From Octopus vulgaris (taxonomy: Eukaryota), in the NCBI GenBank assembly GCA_951406725.2, contig OX597815.1, positions 30,132,001 to 30,196,000 on the forward strand: DNA of 64,000 bases. The letters run 5' to 3'. Shown piece by piece: positions 17,066 through 31,450 of the stretch (position 1 is its first letter; every line of letters begins with the position of its first letter). The translations under genes were made by a program, and so were the position numbers. The notes beneath the pieces were generated by a model. The model made no database searches. It was not told the DNA's origin and saw only the letters and a program-made list of their open reading frames with translations.

Positions 17066-18792
17066 GCTGTTGTTGTTGTTGTTGTTGTTAAGGTGGTGAG
17101 CTGGCAGAATCATTAGCACGCTGGGCAAAATGGTTTGCAACATTTCATTCGTCCTTACGTTTTGAGTTCATATTTCGCCGAGGTCGACTTGCATTTCATC
17201 CTTTCAGGGTCGATAAATTAAGTACCAATGACACATTGGGGTCGATGTAATCGATTTACTGTCTTTCCGAACTTTCCTTGCCCCTTTTGTAGAAAGGATT
17301 ATTATTATTATTGTTAGTAGTAGGTGGTGGTAGTATGGCAGTGCACTGGCAGAAGAAATGTTGGAGCGTCAGACATAATACCTTGCGGTGTTTATTCCAG
17401 CACTTTACCTTCTGTATTGCAATCCCATCAACACAAATTTTCCTTTTCATTCCACCGTGGCTTACAAAGTGAGGCCCCCGTCATGCACTGTGGTTGATGT
17501 TATCGAGTAACATCGTCCTTCCAGAATTACTGACCTTGTGCCTAAATTAGCAACAATTATTATTAGTATTATTACATGAAAATGGTAGATTGGTACAATC
17601 GGTAAATTGTTGAACAAAATGTCTGTTGGTATTTACGGGTGGTGGGGTGGGGTGGAGTATAATGGGTCGGTTGGGCATAATTGATCATTTGCCAGATTTT
17701 CATAATTGTCTCCCATTTCCAAACCAGGAAGTATGTTGTAGCAGCTATTATGAGTTGCTTTATCCCTCCCGCTTATATAGATGTTGTATTCTTCTTGTCG
17801 ACTCCTTGTTCCTCGTTCTGGATAACAGACCTCAATCACTAGACCAATCAATTATTGATCGTCAAACTTTGTGGTGGTGCATGAACTTCTACAGAATTGG
17901 ATTTTTTGTTCTAGAAGTGTGTCCAGAACATTTTCTTTTCCTATGTTATGTTGAATGAAGGAAATATCTTTGGAAATTCTGAAATTCAAGGAAGTTCATA
18001 AGTGGGGCATAATGGGACATTTGTAAGTTTATGGGATGGGGCTAAATGGGTCACTTAAGATATAGCACATAGGCTTCTATGAATAGAAGGACAGAATAAT
18101 TAAAGAAGACTGACATACCCTACAAATTTGTGTCAGTATCTGGGTGTGTTAGCAGCATTGCTTCATATTTACACAGAATCAAAATTGGGGCATTGACTTT
18201 TTATGTCTCACCCTACCCTGTCTCTTTACGTTCTGAATCCAAATCTCAGCGAGATTGATGTTAACTTTTATTTTACCAGGGTCGATAAATCGAAGGACCA
18301 AATAAATAACTCAATAAATCAAAGAACCAAATAAATAACTGGCTAATAAATTTGAGGTCTTGAGCTTGTGTTAAAAACATTGTTATATCGTAGAAACTCT
18401 TTTATCGACAAAACTCGTACCTTCCAGACTTCGCAGAAACTATTACGTTAATTTTATTTCGTGATGTGTTAAAACTTTTGTCACTCACTCCTAGCTAATC
18501 AATAACATATTTCCTCTTCGAAAGTTCGTTCATGACCAGCTCTCATAGGCCTCAGTTTTACAGAGAGAATAAATAAATTTATCGATATTATTTATAGATT
18601 AAATCATGCCCGATCCTAGTTCCTTTGTAATAACCTGTTTAAAATAAAATTTAATCTGCATGACAGGAGTCTAATTTCTATAAATCTATGTCAGGGAAAT
18701 TTTCTAAAATAGGTTACGTTTAGTCATTATAAATAGGGTCAGTCTGAATTTAAGAAGGGGACGCATTAAGAAATAGATGGAATAATGATAAT

Positions 18793-18841
<49 letters not shown>

Positions 18842-19225
18842 CTATAAGCAAACCAAAAAATGAAGATTGAAAATGACTAATGATGCCCAATCGATGACTA
18901 ATGTCAAAGGCCAAAATCAATCGATATGAATACAACACACCCGCGTGACCGAAAGTGTAACAAGAAAGAAAACAACTGAGGCCTATGAGAGCTGATCATT
19001 TACAAACTTGAAATAAAACAATGACGACCTGTTCACAGTTATACAACTAAAAATTGTGACACCTCAGGATATAAATTAAAAGTGAATTTAGATGTTCTAT
19101 GTGTTTTTAAATGGCTGAAATTGCTTTTCCACATTATAACAACGCAATTCCTTCAGTTTCAACACTTGGCATCAGATCAAATCACGTGTTAGATAAGTGT
19201 ATCTCTAAAATTATTATTATTATTA

Positions 19226-19307
<82 letters not shown>

Positions 19308-19335
19308 CATCATCATCATCATCCTCATCCTCATC
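14636..19335 (+). repeat. Tandem duplication, two ~2.28-kb units bounded by (ATT)n tracts
   Basis: 14808.. matches 17089.. (offset 2281) and 16832.. matches 19111.. (offset 2279). The ORF track repeats identically (14975/17256, 15345/17626). The only differences I noticed are microsatellite lengths. Confidence 0.95.
16241..16730. mobile_element. MITE-like element with ~36-bp imperfect TIRs (second copy 18522-19009)
   Basis: aagttcgttcatgaccagctctcataggcctcagtt versus reverse complement of the right end aagtttgtaaatgatcagctctcataggcctcagtt. No TSD identified. Confidence 0.6.
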
Positions 19336-21016
19336 ATCTTTATCTTTAAGGCAGCTGTAATAGCAAACAGTAAGGCTACAACGTCATATTTTGTTGTCTA
19401 CCTTTATGCTCTGAGTCTGAAACCTACTGGAGTCGACTTCACTTTTGTCACTCTGGACTTTACATACATTTATAGAAACTAATTATAAATTGCACATGGG
19501 TATAATGGCACAAGGAGCAGAATGCTGGAATATATGCTGCACCCATAACATTTTGTAGTGCTTACAAAACCGTGTAAAAGCAGGAAGACAATGAGAATTT
19601 ATTCTGCTTAGAGACAGAGTACAACCACTCACAACGGTTTCTGTTAAAAGTGTAGACAGTGGTGTTAAATTTGGGACTGCGCCCAGTTAGCATTGCAAGA
19701 CAAAATACACGCCATCTGACGAGTTTTCGAAACCTTTCTGTCAACCAAGTTTCACACGTAATACTATGGTCAACCCAAAACTTTGATAGAAAACATTATT
19801 GTACTTTAAAATCTATCCTGAAACCCCGTGATTGTGAATAGAATCTTCTTAACTATACATCCATAACTGTATATAGCTGTGTGACCTTTCACATACTCTA
19901 GTTATTGGGAACCAGATTTTTCTAGGAATGTTTATTTACCATAAACTTATTTTCTTTTCAGAGGCAGGTTTGTCTTTCATCTGCTTAACACCACTATAAA
20001 AGTCAGGTCGAAGTAACTTATTGACTGCTAAGAAACCCTTGGGAGCTATCTGAAGTTTTATGTAAAAAGCAGTGTTCGACAATGTAGAAATATAAAATCT
20101 GTTAGAATCATTTTAGTTCTTGCAAAATTCATAACATAAACATATAAAAGAAGTTCTTTGTGAATCTAGTCAGAATCCCATTTGTATTTGGATCTGTTTC
20201 CACTTAACTTACATAGTTTATGCCTCCGTAGAAAAAATGACTGACACACATTCTTAATTTTTCTGCCCAATAAATATGAAGACTTGTGCATATGGAAGAA
20301 ATCAATATGAAATATGTATAATGGCGTGAAAACAATATAGTGACGACACTGCACCCCCCATCACGTCTATGCCCATGTTATCGAAAGGCATACCAACTTC
20401 AGTTCACCGCCAGCTGTGACCAACTGCTTTAATTTTTCTGCTTCACTGAGTACATATGTGTTGGTAACACGTTCCCGATGACAAACGTTTAAAGTACTTG
20501 TACGGGAAACATATTGCTGACATCTCAATCATGCATATAGCGTACATCCATTCCAAAATGGGGTATTTGACGTCAACAAAATAAACAGCTATACATTAAT
20601 GGACATCTCATTTGGGATTCTATCTATAATGTTCATGGTATTCAAATAATAAATGTCCATTAGGTTTAAACAATGGATTTATTGCCATCAAATTATGTTA
20701 TTTGACTAGATACTGAACCAATGTTTATTATGATAAAGTCATAATAATTATGGTCAGTATTATTATAACGCTTTTAAAAGCACTACAACAATATTGTATA
20801 ATTATGTATTAACGTCGCTTGATGCTCATTCAGTTCACACGTTATATCAGACATTCACGTAAGAATAATATTTTCTTTAGAAGGTGACATCACTGGAAAC
20901 TTCAAAACTTTCTCACGTATCTTTGAAATATTCTCAATATGTTCTTTATCCAATCATTACCAAAAGGGCTCTCTTCTGGTATCCAACAGTGAATAACACA
21001 TTCCTGTTGAATCTGT

Positions 21017-21107
21017 TATTACATACATACACAGATACATGCAAATATACATAGATGCATACATGCATACATACATGCATATATGTAAGTGTGTTTCAAG
21101 ATGTGTG

Positions 21108-21157
<50 letters not shown>

Positions 21158-21174
21158 CGCACACATATGTGTGC

Positions 21175-21227
<53 letters not shown>

Positions 21228-21238
21228 CATATATATAA

Positions 21239-21317
<79 letters not shown>

Positions 21318-21448
21318 CATATATATACATACACACATATATATACATATATACACAAACACACACATATATATATATATGTATATATATGTATATATAT
21401 ATGTATATATATATATATATATACACATATATATATACACATATATAT

Positions 21449-21486
<38 letters not shown>

Positions 21487-21575
21487 CCCCACACACACAC
21501 ATATATATATATATGAATGCGTATATGTGTGTGTGTGCATGTGTGTAAGCGTGTGCTCACGCATATTTATATATC
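21017..21575. repeat. Compound (TA)/(CA) microsatellite block, representative of many (e.g. 385-740, 4408-4685, 6530-6750, 29640-30010, 30497-31020, 36895-37218, 58675-60110)
   Basis: Direct reading. Confidence 0.95.
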
Positions 21576-22282
21576 AGTGTAGGTGACGGAGAAACGGGAC
21601 TAATTTTAAGTCATATTGCTGTATAGTGTTACATGTAAATATCCAACATATGCGTCTTTCGGTGTAAGGTTAGAAGCTTGTTTGTCAATCACAAATTAGA
21701 AACCACCGTATATTTTCTTAAAGTGCCACCGTGTTACTTTGAATTCAGTCACTCTTACGGAACCCAAGAAGTCTTGAAATACATGCCTGTGAATATATAT
21801 ATATATATGTATACACACGCACACACAAATATATATAGAGTGTCAGCATGTAAATATTTCAAGTTTATTATTAAATTATCTTTAAATTGGTGTTTTGCAT
21901 TACTTAGTTAATACTTCTTCAGAAGGATTATAACACATATTAAGACATATTTCCTCCTCTGTCGTAACCGTGTTTGCTACGATAGACGAAATCTTTGATA
22001 GAAAACGTTGTAACTATGATAATCGCGTGCTTTTGTATATTAGAGACTATTGTATCCAAATAACTTCCTTTTTTATTGAAAACTTTAGTCCCGGTTGTAA
22101 TTTCTGGCAAGAAGGTTGAGCGATTACGAAGTGGTTGCTCTCCTCTTGCTTATTTTTCCCCAAGGACAAGCGTCTAGAACTATAGCGACCTATGAGTTAA
22201 TTTGGTAGATGCAAACTGTGTGGGAGCTCGTTGTACATATATAAATCATACATGTATATGTATATATATATATATATATATA

Positions 22283-23455
22283 TCTTATTATAAAAGGCAG
22301 ATTTTATCTGCCTCCCTTTGGGAGTTATACAAATCTACAATATAGGATTTCTTCAATTACAATTTACCTACCATTTTTAAGAGTACAATGCATCGCGTCA
22401 TGCCAGGTCCAGTTTTTAAAATTTAAACTCCAATTAAGCAAAATTTACAGAAAACTCACATTCTGGTGTGTGTGTCAAATGCTTTTCTTAGTCTGGTTTA
22501 CACCACACGCAAACGCACACACAGAGTGTGCGACGAATAAAATGAAAGTAAATGTAATATTTGTTTCTGTCTATCACGCTGATAGATACATGAGTAAAAT
22601 GTATGGGAAGCTAACAGATAACAGTGAGTGAAAATGTTCTTGGAAGAGAGTAAATTAGCGACAGAGTGATTTGAGGAAGACTAAACTGAAAGTATGAAAC
22701 AGTGTTTATGTATAAACAGACGACACTTATATAAACCCTTTCGTTACCAAACCGTCCGAATTTACCTATTCATATTTAAATGAGAATATCAGAGTAAATC
22801 TCTTTAGTACATTCGTGAAAACACGTATTATACTTCGTAAACACTTCAAATACAGTTTTGTACAAAAATCGAAGTGTAATTTTAATTCCGTGAATTATGG
22901 GAGATTTTTTTCCGAAATTTGTTCCTATTGTGTTTTCAAGATTTGTAATTCTGACAAAAAATGGATACGAATTTCATTATATCAAGCAGCGAGTCAGAAT
23001 TCGAAGGATTTTCTACTGAAGACCTTCATAAATCTAACTCTATGACTGAAAAAAAAAAGCATCTTTATATAAGAATGAAGTTCCATGTCTGTCCCCTTCG
23101 ATTTAGATTCGTAACTACTCCCACATTTTGCCGTGCAGTTTAACCAAAAGCGGGTATCTTATAGTCGTGATTCATATCGAGCCCTTCTGGGTATTAGCGC
23201 GCGTCTACGATGAGTCTACGATTTAAAAAAAATTTACCATCATATTTTTCCATTTTAATGCATTTTTTTCGCTTTTATATAAGGGAAGTAACTCTCTAAA
23301 AATATCTACGATGTGTCAACGATTTAAAAAAAAATTTACCTTAATTTTTTTTCAATTTTTAATGCATTTTTTTGCTATTTTTTGGCTATAACTCTCTAAA
23401 AATGCTTCTATAGTTATTTCCCTTACAACCCGAGCAAGGCCGGGCGATACTGCTA

Positions 23456-23456
<1 letters not shown>
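22283..23456 (+). mobile_element. Non-autonomous Helitron (composite)
   Basis: Begins A|TCTTATTATAAAAGG. Ends with GC-rich hairpin CCCGAGCAAGGCCGGG (23429-23444) then CTAG|T (23453-23457). Inserted at an A|T step in (TA)n with no TSD. Internal ~100-bp-period direct repeat near 23204-23400. Confidence 0.8.
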
Positions 23457-23514
<58 letters not shown>

Positions 23515-25075
23515 CATTCTATACACACACATACACACACACATATATATATTATATATATATGTATATATGTATATATATACATACAGATATATATATA
23601 TATATGCATACATGTATGTATATATATATATATATATATACATATTATATCATAAATATATATCATATATATATATATATATGTGTGTATGTGTGTGTGT
23701 GTGTGTTGATAAGTATTCGCTTGCATGTATGTGTGCTTGTATTTGTATATGTGTGTATGTCTTTGCGTTTGTGTTTGTCCACCCTGCTTGACAACAGATG
23801 ATAGTTTCTTTTCTCCTCCATAACTTAGTGGTTCGACACAAGAGAACAATAGAATGAGTACCGGACTTTAAAAAATAAGTACTGAGACTTATTTGTTCGA
23901 CAAAACCCACGTTAAGTGGTAATCCAACATGGCTGCAGTGCAGCGACTGAAAGGAGTGGAATATATAAAAGGTAAGCTAACATCTAGTTTCATATTCTTG
24001 GTAATATTTTTGTTTTCGTCCTTTCTTCCAGCTGCAGTAACTGGAATGGATTCCGCATTAATGCACACACATACACACACACACACACACACGCATGCAC
24101 ACGGACACACACACACATACATATTGTGAATCTGCGAATATTTAAAACATATTTCTCTATATCCTAATAAAACAAACTAAATAAGGTGCCGTTTTTCGAT
24201 ATCCAGTTAAGTTGACATTTAACATTGTTACATGGTAAATGTTTGTTGTACTCTACTGCCACTCAAATGTTTGCTGTAACATACAAATATCCAGATTGCT
24301 ATGTTCTTCCAAATTATTCTATTATTTATATTGCCGACTAAATTTATAAGGTTCGTTACATCTGAAGGCCATATTCTTAGGATATATTCAGAAAAATCTA
24401 ACGAATCAATACAGAAGATATTTCTTTCTTAAAGTAATTGTATCACATAAAGAATGATTATGTCCAAGACACATATGTATTATTATATACCTATTTTACT
24501 TTGATGTTCCAGATCAAAAGAAATCCCTACTGATGCGGATTTTTTAAAGTAGTCAGATAATCATGATAAGAGGCATAACAGGCCATAATCGAAAACAATT
24601 CGAATTGAATTAATGCATCAAATAAATAAATACCTTTTCCGCTATGAACAACAGATTCGTTCTCAACAAAGGATTTATTTCATCCATCTTTAAGTATGGT
24701 GGTACCCAATTATTTAATGGTTCCGTTGTTTCTACTTCAATCTTGAGGGTCGAAACACTTCCTCTCTCCGTATATATTTGATATGGATATTTCATACACA
24801 CACACACACACACACACGCATATACACGCACATATATAAGCATATATGTATATACATAGGTGTGTATGTGTTTGTATGCATGTATATGCGTGTGTGTATT
24901 TGCATGTTTGTATATGTGGATGTGTATATAAGCATACATATATATATATAAGCATATATGTATATACATATGCGTGTGTGTATGTGTTTGTATGCATGTA
25001 TATGTGTGTGTATGTGTTTGTATGCATGTATATATGTGTGTATTTGCATGCATGTATATGTGGATGTGCATATAA

Positions 25076-25108
<33 letters not shown>

Positions 25109-25631
25109 CCTATATGTGCATACATATGTGTGTATGTATGTGTTTGTATGCATGTATATGTGTGTGTGTATTTGCATGTATGTATATGTGTATGTGTGTG
25201 TGCGTGTGTATATATTTGTTAACTGACAATAACGGACGAATTAGATAAATGGATAATTTCACGAAATTGGATATGCAAATACACATACTCAAAGAGTGAA
25301 AAATATTTAAATATAATTGTAGATACACACATATACGTAGACGTGTTCGTGTGGTATGAAATATATTGATACAAGTTATAGAATTTCTATTTCCTACGTT
25401 ATAAGATGATAGTGTACTCCGCTATTACACACTGCTTTGTTTCGGAGGGCTCGAATATGCATCTACGAATTAACGGGAGAAAGAGATGCATACGGGGTAC
25501 AGCTTAAGTCCGACGAGAACTAGTTAGGACCGGTCATGTAAATAATGTCTCTGTTACTACAGCAAGCTTTAACTGCAAGGTTGTTAGGCAAAGAACTTAC
25601 ACTGGAATTTCATACGTCTGCAGCCATTGTA

Positions 25632-25927
25632 AAAAAAAAAACGTCGCCCTTTTCAAGCCTAGCCAGGCTCATGGGCCCGTTTTCCCGGTTTCTGTGGCGT
25701 ATGTGTTCCCCACCAGCTGGCCGGGACGTCAGTTCATCGCAGCGTTACTCAAGAAACAGGAAGAGAGAGCGAGAGAAAGTTGTGGCGAAAGAGTACAACT
25801 GGGGTCGCCACGTGGAGCTCTTACGTGTTTTTGCACAATAAACACACAACGCCCGGTCTGGGAATCGAAACCGCGATCATCCGACCGCAATTCTACTGCC
25901 CTAACCACTGGGCCATTGCGCCTCCAC
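25632..25927 (-). mobile_element. Full-length tRNA-derived SINE with 14-bp TSD
   Basis: Sense starts GTGGAGGCGCAATGGCCCAGTGGTTAGG (A box) .. GGTTTCGATTCC (B box). TSD CTGCAGCCATTGTA at 25618-25631 and 25928-25941. The sense strand ends in oligo(T). Confidence 0.9.
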
Positions 25928-26238
25928 CTGCAGCCATTGTAGTATACTTTATTCATGTAAACCTGGGAAAGGATGGATACTTTTCGGAAGAAAGTGTTTC
26001 CGGTGACGGTAAATTGGTTATATTTCGCATCTTCTATTCAGTTATACCACTGGCTCTTTTAGGAAACTTGATGCCTTAGCCATGCATAGTCGGTACGATA
26101 TCCCTGGTGGTTTAAGTAAATTAAAATATGTGGTTTTGTATTTTCTGACTTTGGGGATAAACAAGTGGAGTTCATCTTACTCGCGGTTAAACTGGCGGTA
26201 GTCTCCGTACTAGGATATGTTTGGTGTGAGTCCTTTAT

Positions 26239-26373
26239 TGCGATCGGATGATCGCGGTTTCGATTCCCAGACCGGGCGTTGTGTGTTTATTGTGCAAAAA
26301 CACGTAAGAGCTCCACGTGGTGACCCCTGTTGTACTCTTTCGCCACAACTTTCTCTCACTCTCTCTTCCTGTT
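26239..26373 (+). mobile_element. Internal fragment of the same SINE, inverted relative to 25632-25927
   Basis: Nearly identical reverse complement of ~25755-25890. Confidence 0.85.
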
Positions 26374-27854
26374 GTTTTAAATATCACCACTATGATGAGG
26401 TATGATTCTATAGGAGGACACAGTGAGGGGTATTTTCATTTACAAATTTGAGTGTTTCTGTGGGAGCTCTCTGTATGTACATATCAGGTTTTTTTGTTGG
26501 TTGTGTTGTTTTCAAAAGCAGGCAATGGTTCCCATTTGGGTTATGTTGGTGGTTACACCTACATTAAAAGTGATTTAATCCAGACACCCATCCCCGTATT
26601 CTTGCTTCTGACATTTAAATGAGGTTGCTATGTCGTTGTTACATGGGAACTAATTCGAAAATGATTCTGTATGGGGATAGACCAAAAATGCTTTTATTTA
26701 TGCAGAAATTTTCTTGAAATATGCTTCAAATGTTGTAGATTCCGGTTATATCGAACTAGTGAAAAACAAAAAAATTCTTGGGGCACGAGGCGGGGGAGCT
26801 TAAGGGAGAGGATTTTTGGAAATTTTACACGAGTTGGATTTGTTTCCTCATAACTTTCGAAAAAGTGAATATTTTTAATTAAATTTTCTACAACTACCTT
26901 TCATAGTATGTGATTATATCGGAATCTGGGGTGAAAACAAAAAAGTTGAGCGAGCACACATACATACTGACACACACAATTATTTTTCGAAATTCCAAAT
27001 TTACTTTTGTAGATAAGTGTGATACGTGTCCGTATGTATGGGTGCGAGCCCACCAATTTTCTTTTTTCATATTAAATTCCGATATAATGGTAATCTACAC
27101 ACCCTGAAAATTTCATAAAAAAAAACATCCAATTCTCTAAGACAAATTCAACTCGTCCGAATTTTCCGAAACTCCTCCCCCACCAAATGCAACGTGCATT
27201 CTCGCGAGAAATTCCGATGTAATCAGCATCTACACTACCCGGAGCATATTTGCAGAAAATTTCATTACAAAATATCCCTTTTTCTGGTAGTTATGAGGAA
27301 GCAAAATCGGGGAGGTACATATGTATAGGTATGCCAAGCAATGCTATATTAATTCTCGGTAAATGACGGCAAAGCATGCAACAGTTTAATGTAAATTTTC
27401 AAGCAGACAGCTTTAAGACGAAATATTAGTCTCAAATTTTGACACGAGGCCAGCAATTTCGGGAGAGAGGGATAAGTTGTCTACATCGAGCCCAGTACTT
27501 GACTTGTACTTATTTTATCGACTCCGAAAGAGTGAAAGGCAAAGTCGACCTCGGCGGAAAGATAAAACGAAATATTGCAATTGTAAACATGACGTTAACG
27601 GAATATTAACAAAAATGATGGATAAATGAAGAATATTATCTAAGAAAAAGGTAATGAAACATAAGTAGTAATAAAAAGATATTCGAACATGCCAATGTTT
27701 GCTAACTAGAAATTTAAATGGCTGCATTAATGTGTTCGTGCATGCGCATAAACTTTAGTCCGGTTATGAACTGTTTACTCTGGCCGGTGCTAGTATATCA
27801 AGTGACATGCGTTATCAGAAGACATAATAAAGATGAAATTTTAAAAATCATATC

Positions 27855-27961
<107 letters not shown>

Positions 27962-28407
27962 CGCAGCGTGGCAGTGTGGCAAGAAGCTTGCTACACAACC
28001 GTATGGTTCCGGGTTCAATCCCACTGCGTGGCATCTTGGGCACGTGTCTTCTGCTATAGCTTCGGGCCGACCAAAGTCTTGTGAGTGGATTTGGTAGATG
28101 GAAACTCTGTGTGTGTGTGTGTGTATTTGTGTATATGTCTGTATTTGCCCCCCTACCATCGCTTGTTTACGTCCCCGTAACTTAGCGGTTTGACAAAAGA
28201 AACTGATAGAATAAGTACTAAGCTTACAAAGAATAAGTCCTGGGGTCGATTTGTTCGACTAAAGCCGGTGCTACAGCGTGGTCGCAGTCAAATGACTGAA
28301 AAAAGTAAAAGAATAAAAGAAAACATATTTGAAATTTATAGAAAAAAAGACAAAGACAGGACGACAAACAATTATATTAGTTTGACACTCGGGAAAAATG
28401 AAAAAGC

Positions 28408-28443
28408 CTTTTATGTTTCGAGCCTACGCTCTTCAACAGAAAG
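28408..28443 (-). ncRNA. Hammerhead motif, second subfamily (repeat ~28340-28505)
   Basis: Reverse complement reads CTTT-CTGTTGA-A-GAGC-gtag-GCTC-GAAAC-ATA-AAAG. Confidence 0.55.
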
Positions 28444-28558
28444 GAATGAGAGAAAATAAGCAAAGAATGAAAAAAAACTTGTAGATTTCGGCGGTCCAGC
28501 ATGGCCTATAAACAAAATGTATTTATTGTTGACAAACAACGATTTTTTAATTATTAAT

Positions 28559-28593
<35 letters not shown>

Positions 28594-28766
28594 GTCGCAG
28601 TCGTGGAAGTGTGGTAAGAAGTGAAGAAGTGTGCTTCTCAACCACATGATTCCATGTTCAGTCCCATTGCATGACACCTTGGTCACGTACCTTCTTCCAT
28701 TATAGACTCGCGTCGACCAAAGCCTTGTGAGTGGATTTGGTAGACGGAAACTGAAACAAGGCCGTC

Positions 28767-28909
28767 ATATAAGAATTTTTTGCGTAATAAGATAAAAAAC
28801 CAAGGCTGTATAAATATTAGAGCAATTATAGATAGCTGTTAGATCTTCTATCTATAAATGCTCTAATATCTATACACCCTTGGTTTTTTATCTTAAAAAA
28901 TTCTTATAT
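28767..28909. repeat. Near-perfect ~140-bp palindrome (hairpin MITE-like)
   Basis: Arms of ~62 bp with about 3 mismatches and one short bulge around a 12-nt loop (28836-28847). Confidence 0.9.
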
Positions 28910-29042
28910 ACACACGCTGGTATAGAACCAACGTTGAACCCTTCATTCGCAATATTACTGAATCTGGAACTTAACTATGATCTGTCTATAGCACTTATTG
29001 AGCATTACCTGACAGCTTTGGGTCTCAATGACACCATTACCT

Positions 29043-29130
<88 letters not shown>

Positions 29131-29849
29131 GAGCAAGAGAGAGATGAATGTGCGTGTATATGTATGAGTGAATGCGTTTTGCTCACTGTGGCTTTCTAGT
29201 TAGATGCGGTAAGGTCGTGCTTTATAAATTACTCCAAATGATTAATGTATATTCACAGGATAATGTAAACAAAAGACAAAGAGAATACTGATATGTGAAG
29301 TTTTATAGCATCCCTATTCCGTACTTCTCATGTTGAAGTAGCATAAAATATATCAGCATACAAGAAACTCAGTGATTTTTCCCATAAACAAAAGCGTACT
29401 TATTGTTGACAAAAACGATTTTTTTATTATTAATTGTTGTCTTAATAAGTGAAAATTAATCCCAGCAGAACAATAGACTAGTGAAGGATAAACTGCATTA
29501 AATTTAAGCATGTTCTCATACCCCCGAATGATGAAGATTAATTATGCAGTTATGGTTAAATTATTCATATCCAGGTTATTAGGAAAACTGTTTTAATGCT
29601 CTACGGTGCATCACTGCATTTCATTGTTTAATTCTTGCATCTGTCTTTCTGTGTATGTGTCTGTCTGTCTGTTTGTCTGTCGGCCTGTCTGTCTATCTAT
29701 CTATCCGTTTATGTGCCCATCCGTCCAATCATACATACATACATACATACACACAAACATATATATATATACATACATACATACATACATATATATATAT
29801 GTATACATATATATATGTATACATATACATATATATATATGTATATGTA

Positions 29850-29970
<121 letters not shown>

Positions 29971-30497
29971 TACAGACACAAACACATATACACGTATGTG
30001 TGTATATGTGTGCATAATGTATATGACCACATAAATACATATATGAAAACGTGTTTGGGTTTGTTTATATGCTATAAAGTGTTCAGCTGTCAATGTGTTG
30101 AAGATACCCCCTTCCCAATACGAAGAAAAACATTGCTATGAATCATCGCTGTTTGGTCAAAATATGAGGGAAGGAGAAGAAAAAAACTAGCAAGCGTGAA
30201 AATTTGTTATACTCAGTGACCTAACATGGTTCATGTGAGCCGCAAGCGGGAAATATCATAAACTGGATACGGATCATGACACTAATGTACAATATTAGAA
30301 ATTTTCTTGTTATAAATATATAAATATACTTTATTTCACAATCTATCAATACTGTTAATTCGTGATTTAGAAACCAGTAAGATAAATTGATTGGTCAGAG
30401 AATGTTCAGCCATGCTTTTCAAGAAGAAAGACAATAGTAAAGAGACCCAGTTTATTTATATGCCCATCTCTCAATGATTTTTATCTCCCTCTCTCTG

Positions 30498-30590
<93 letters not shown>

Positions 30591-30594
30591 GACC

Positions 30595-30714
<120 letters not shown>

Positions 30715-31450
30715 GCTGTCTGTCTGTCTATCTATCTAGGTTAGAAACCGACTCTTTCTCTATTGGCAAGAAATCTTGAAATATAACTGAATAATGACAT
30801 ACATGCATACATACCTACCTACCTACCTACCTACCTACCTACCTACATACATACATACATACATACATACATACATACATACTTACATACATACATACAT
30901 ACATACATACACACACACACACGTACATACATACATAGATATATACATACATACATACATACATACATACATACATACATACATACATACATACATACAT
31001 ACATACGCGTATATATATATTCTTTTATCTTTTTATTCTTTTACTTGTTTCGGTCATTCGACTGAACCACCGCCTTAAAGGATTTTTAGTCGAATATATC
31101 GACCTCAGGACTTGTTCTTTGCAAGCCTGGTATACACATTGAGATCGGTTGTCAAGCGATGAGGGGTGGGGGACAAACACAGACACAAAGACACACACGC
31201 ATAAATTTATACACATATGTATATATGCAACGAGCTCCTTTCAGTTTTCGTCTACCAAATCTACTCACAAGGCATTGGTCAGCCCCAGGCTATAGTAGAA
31301 GACATTGAACCCGGAACCATGTAGTTAGAAAGTAATCTTCTAACCACACAGTAACGCCTGCGCCTATATATATATATATATATATATAAATGTGACTGCG
31401 TGTGTATCGTTGGCGATTTTCTTCCTTCCTTGGATCTTTCCTCTTCCTAT

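Noticed and set aside
19716-19742. CTGACGAG-tttt-CGAAAC..GTC hammerhead-like core
   Set aside because: Stem I does not pair, stem II is 1 bp and it is a single copy; likely chance.
28508-29434. ~50-bp AT-rich direct repeat at 28508-28558 and 29384-29434
   Set aside because: Real similarity, but too short and AT-rich to call LTRs or a TSD; no TG..CA ends.
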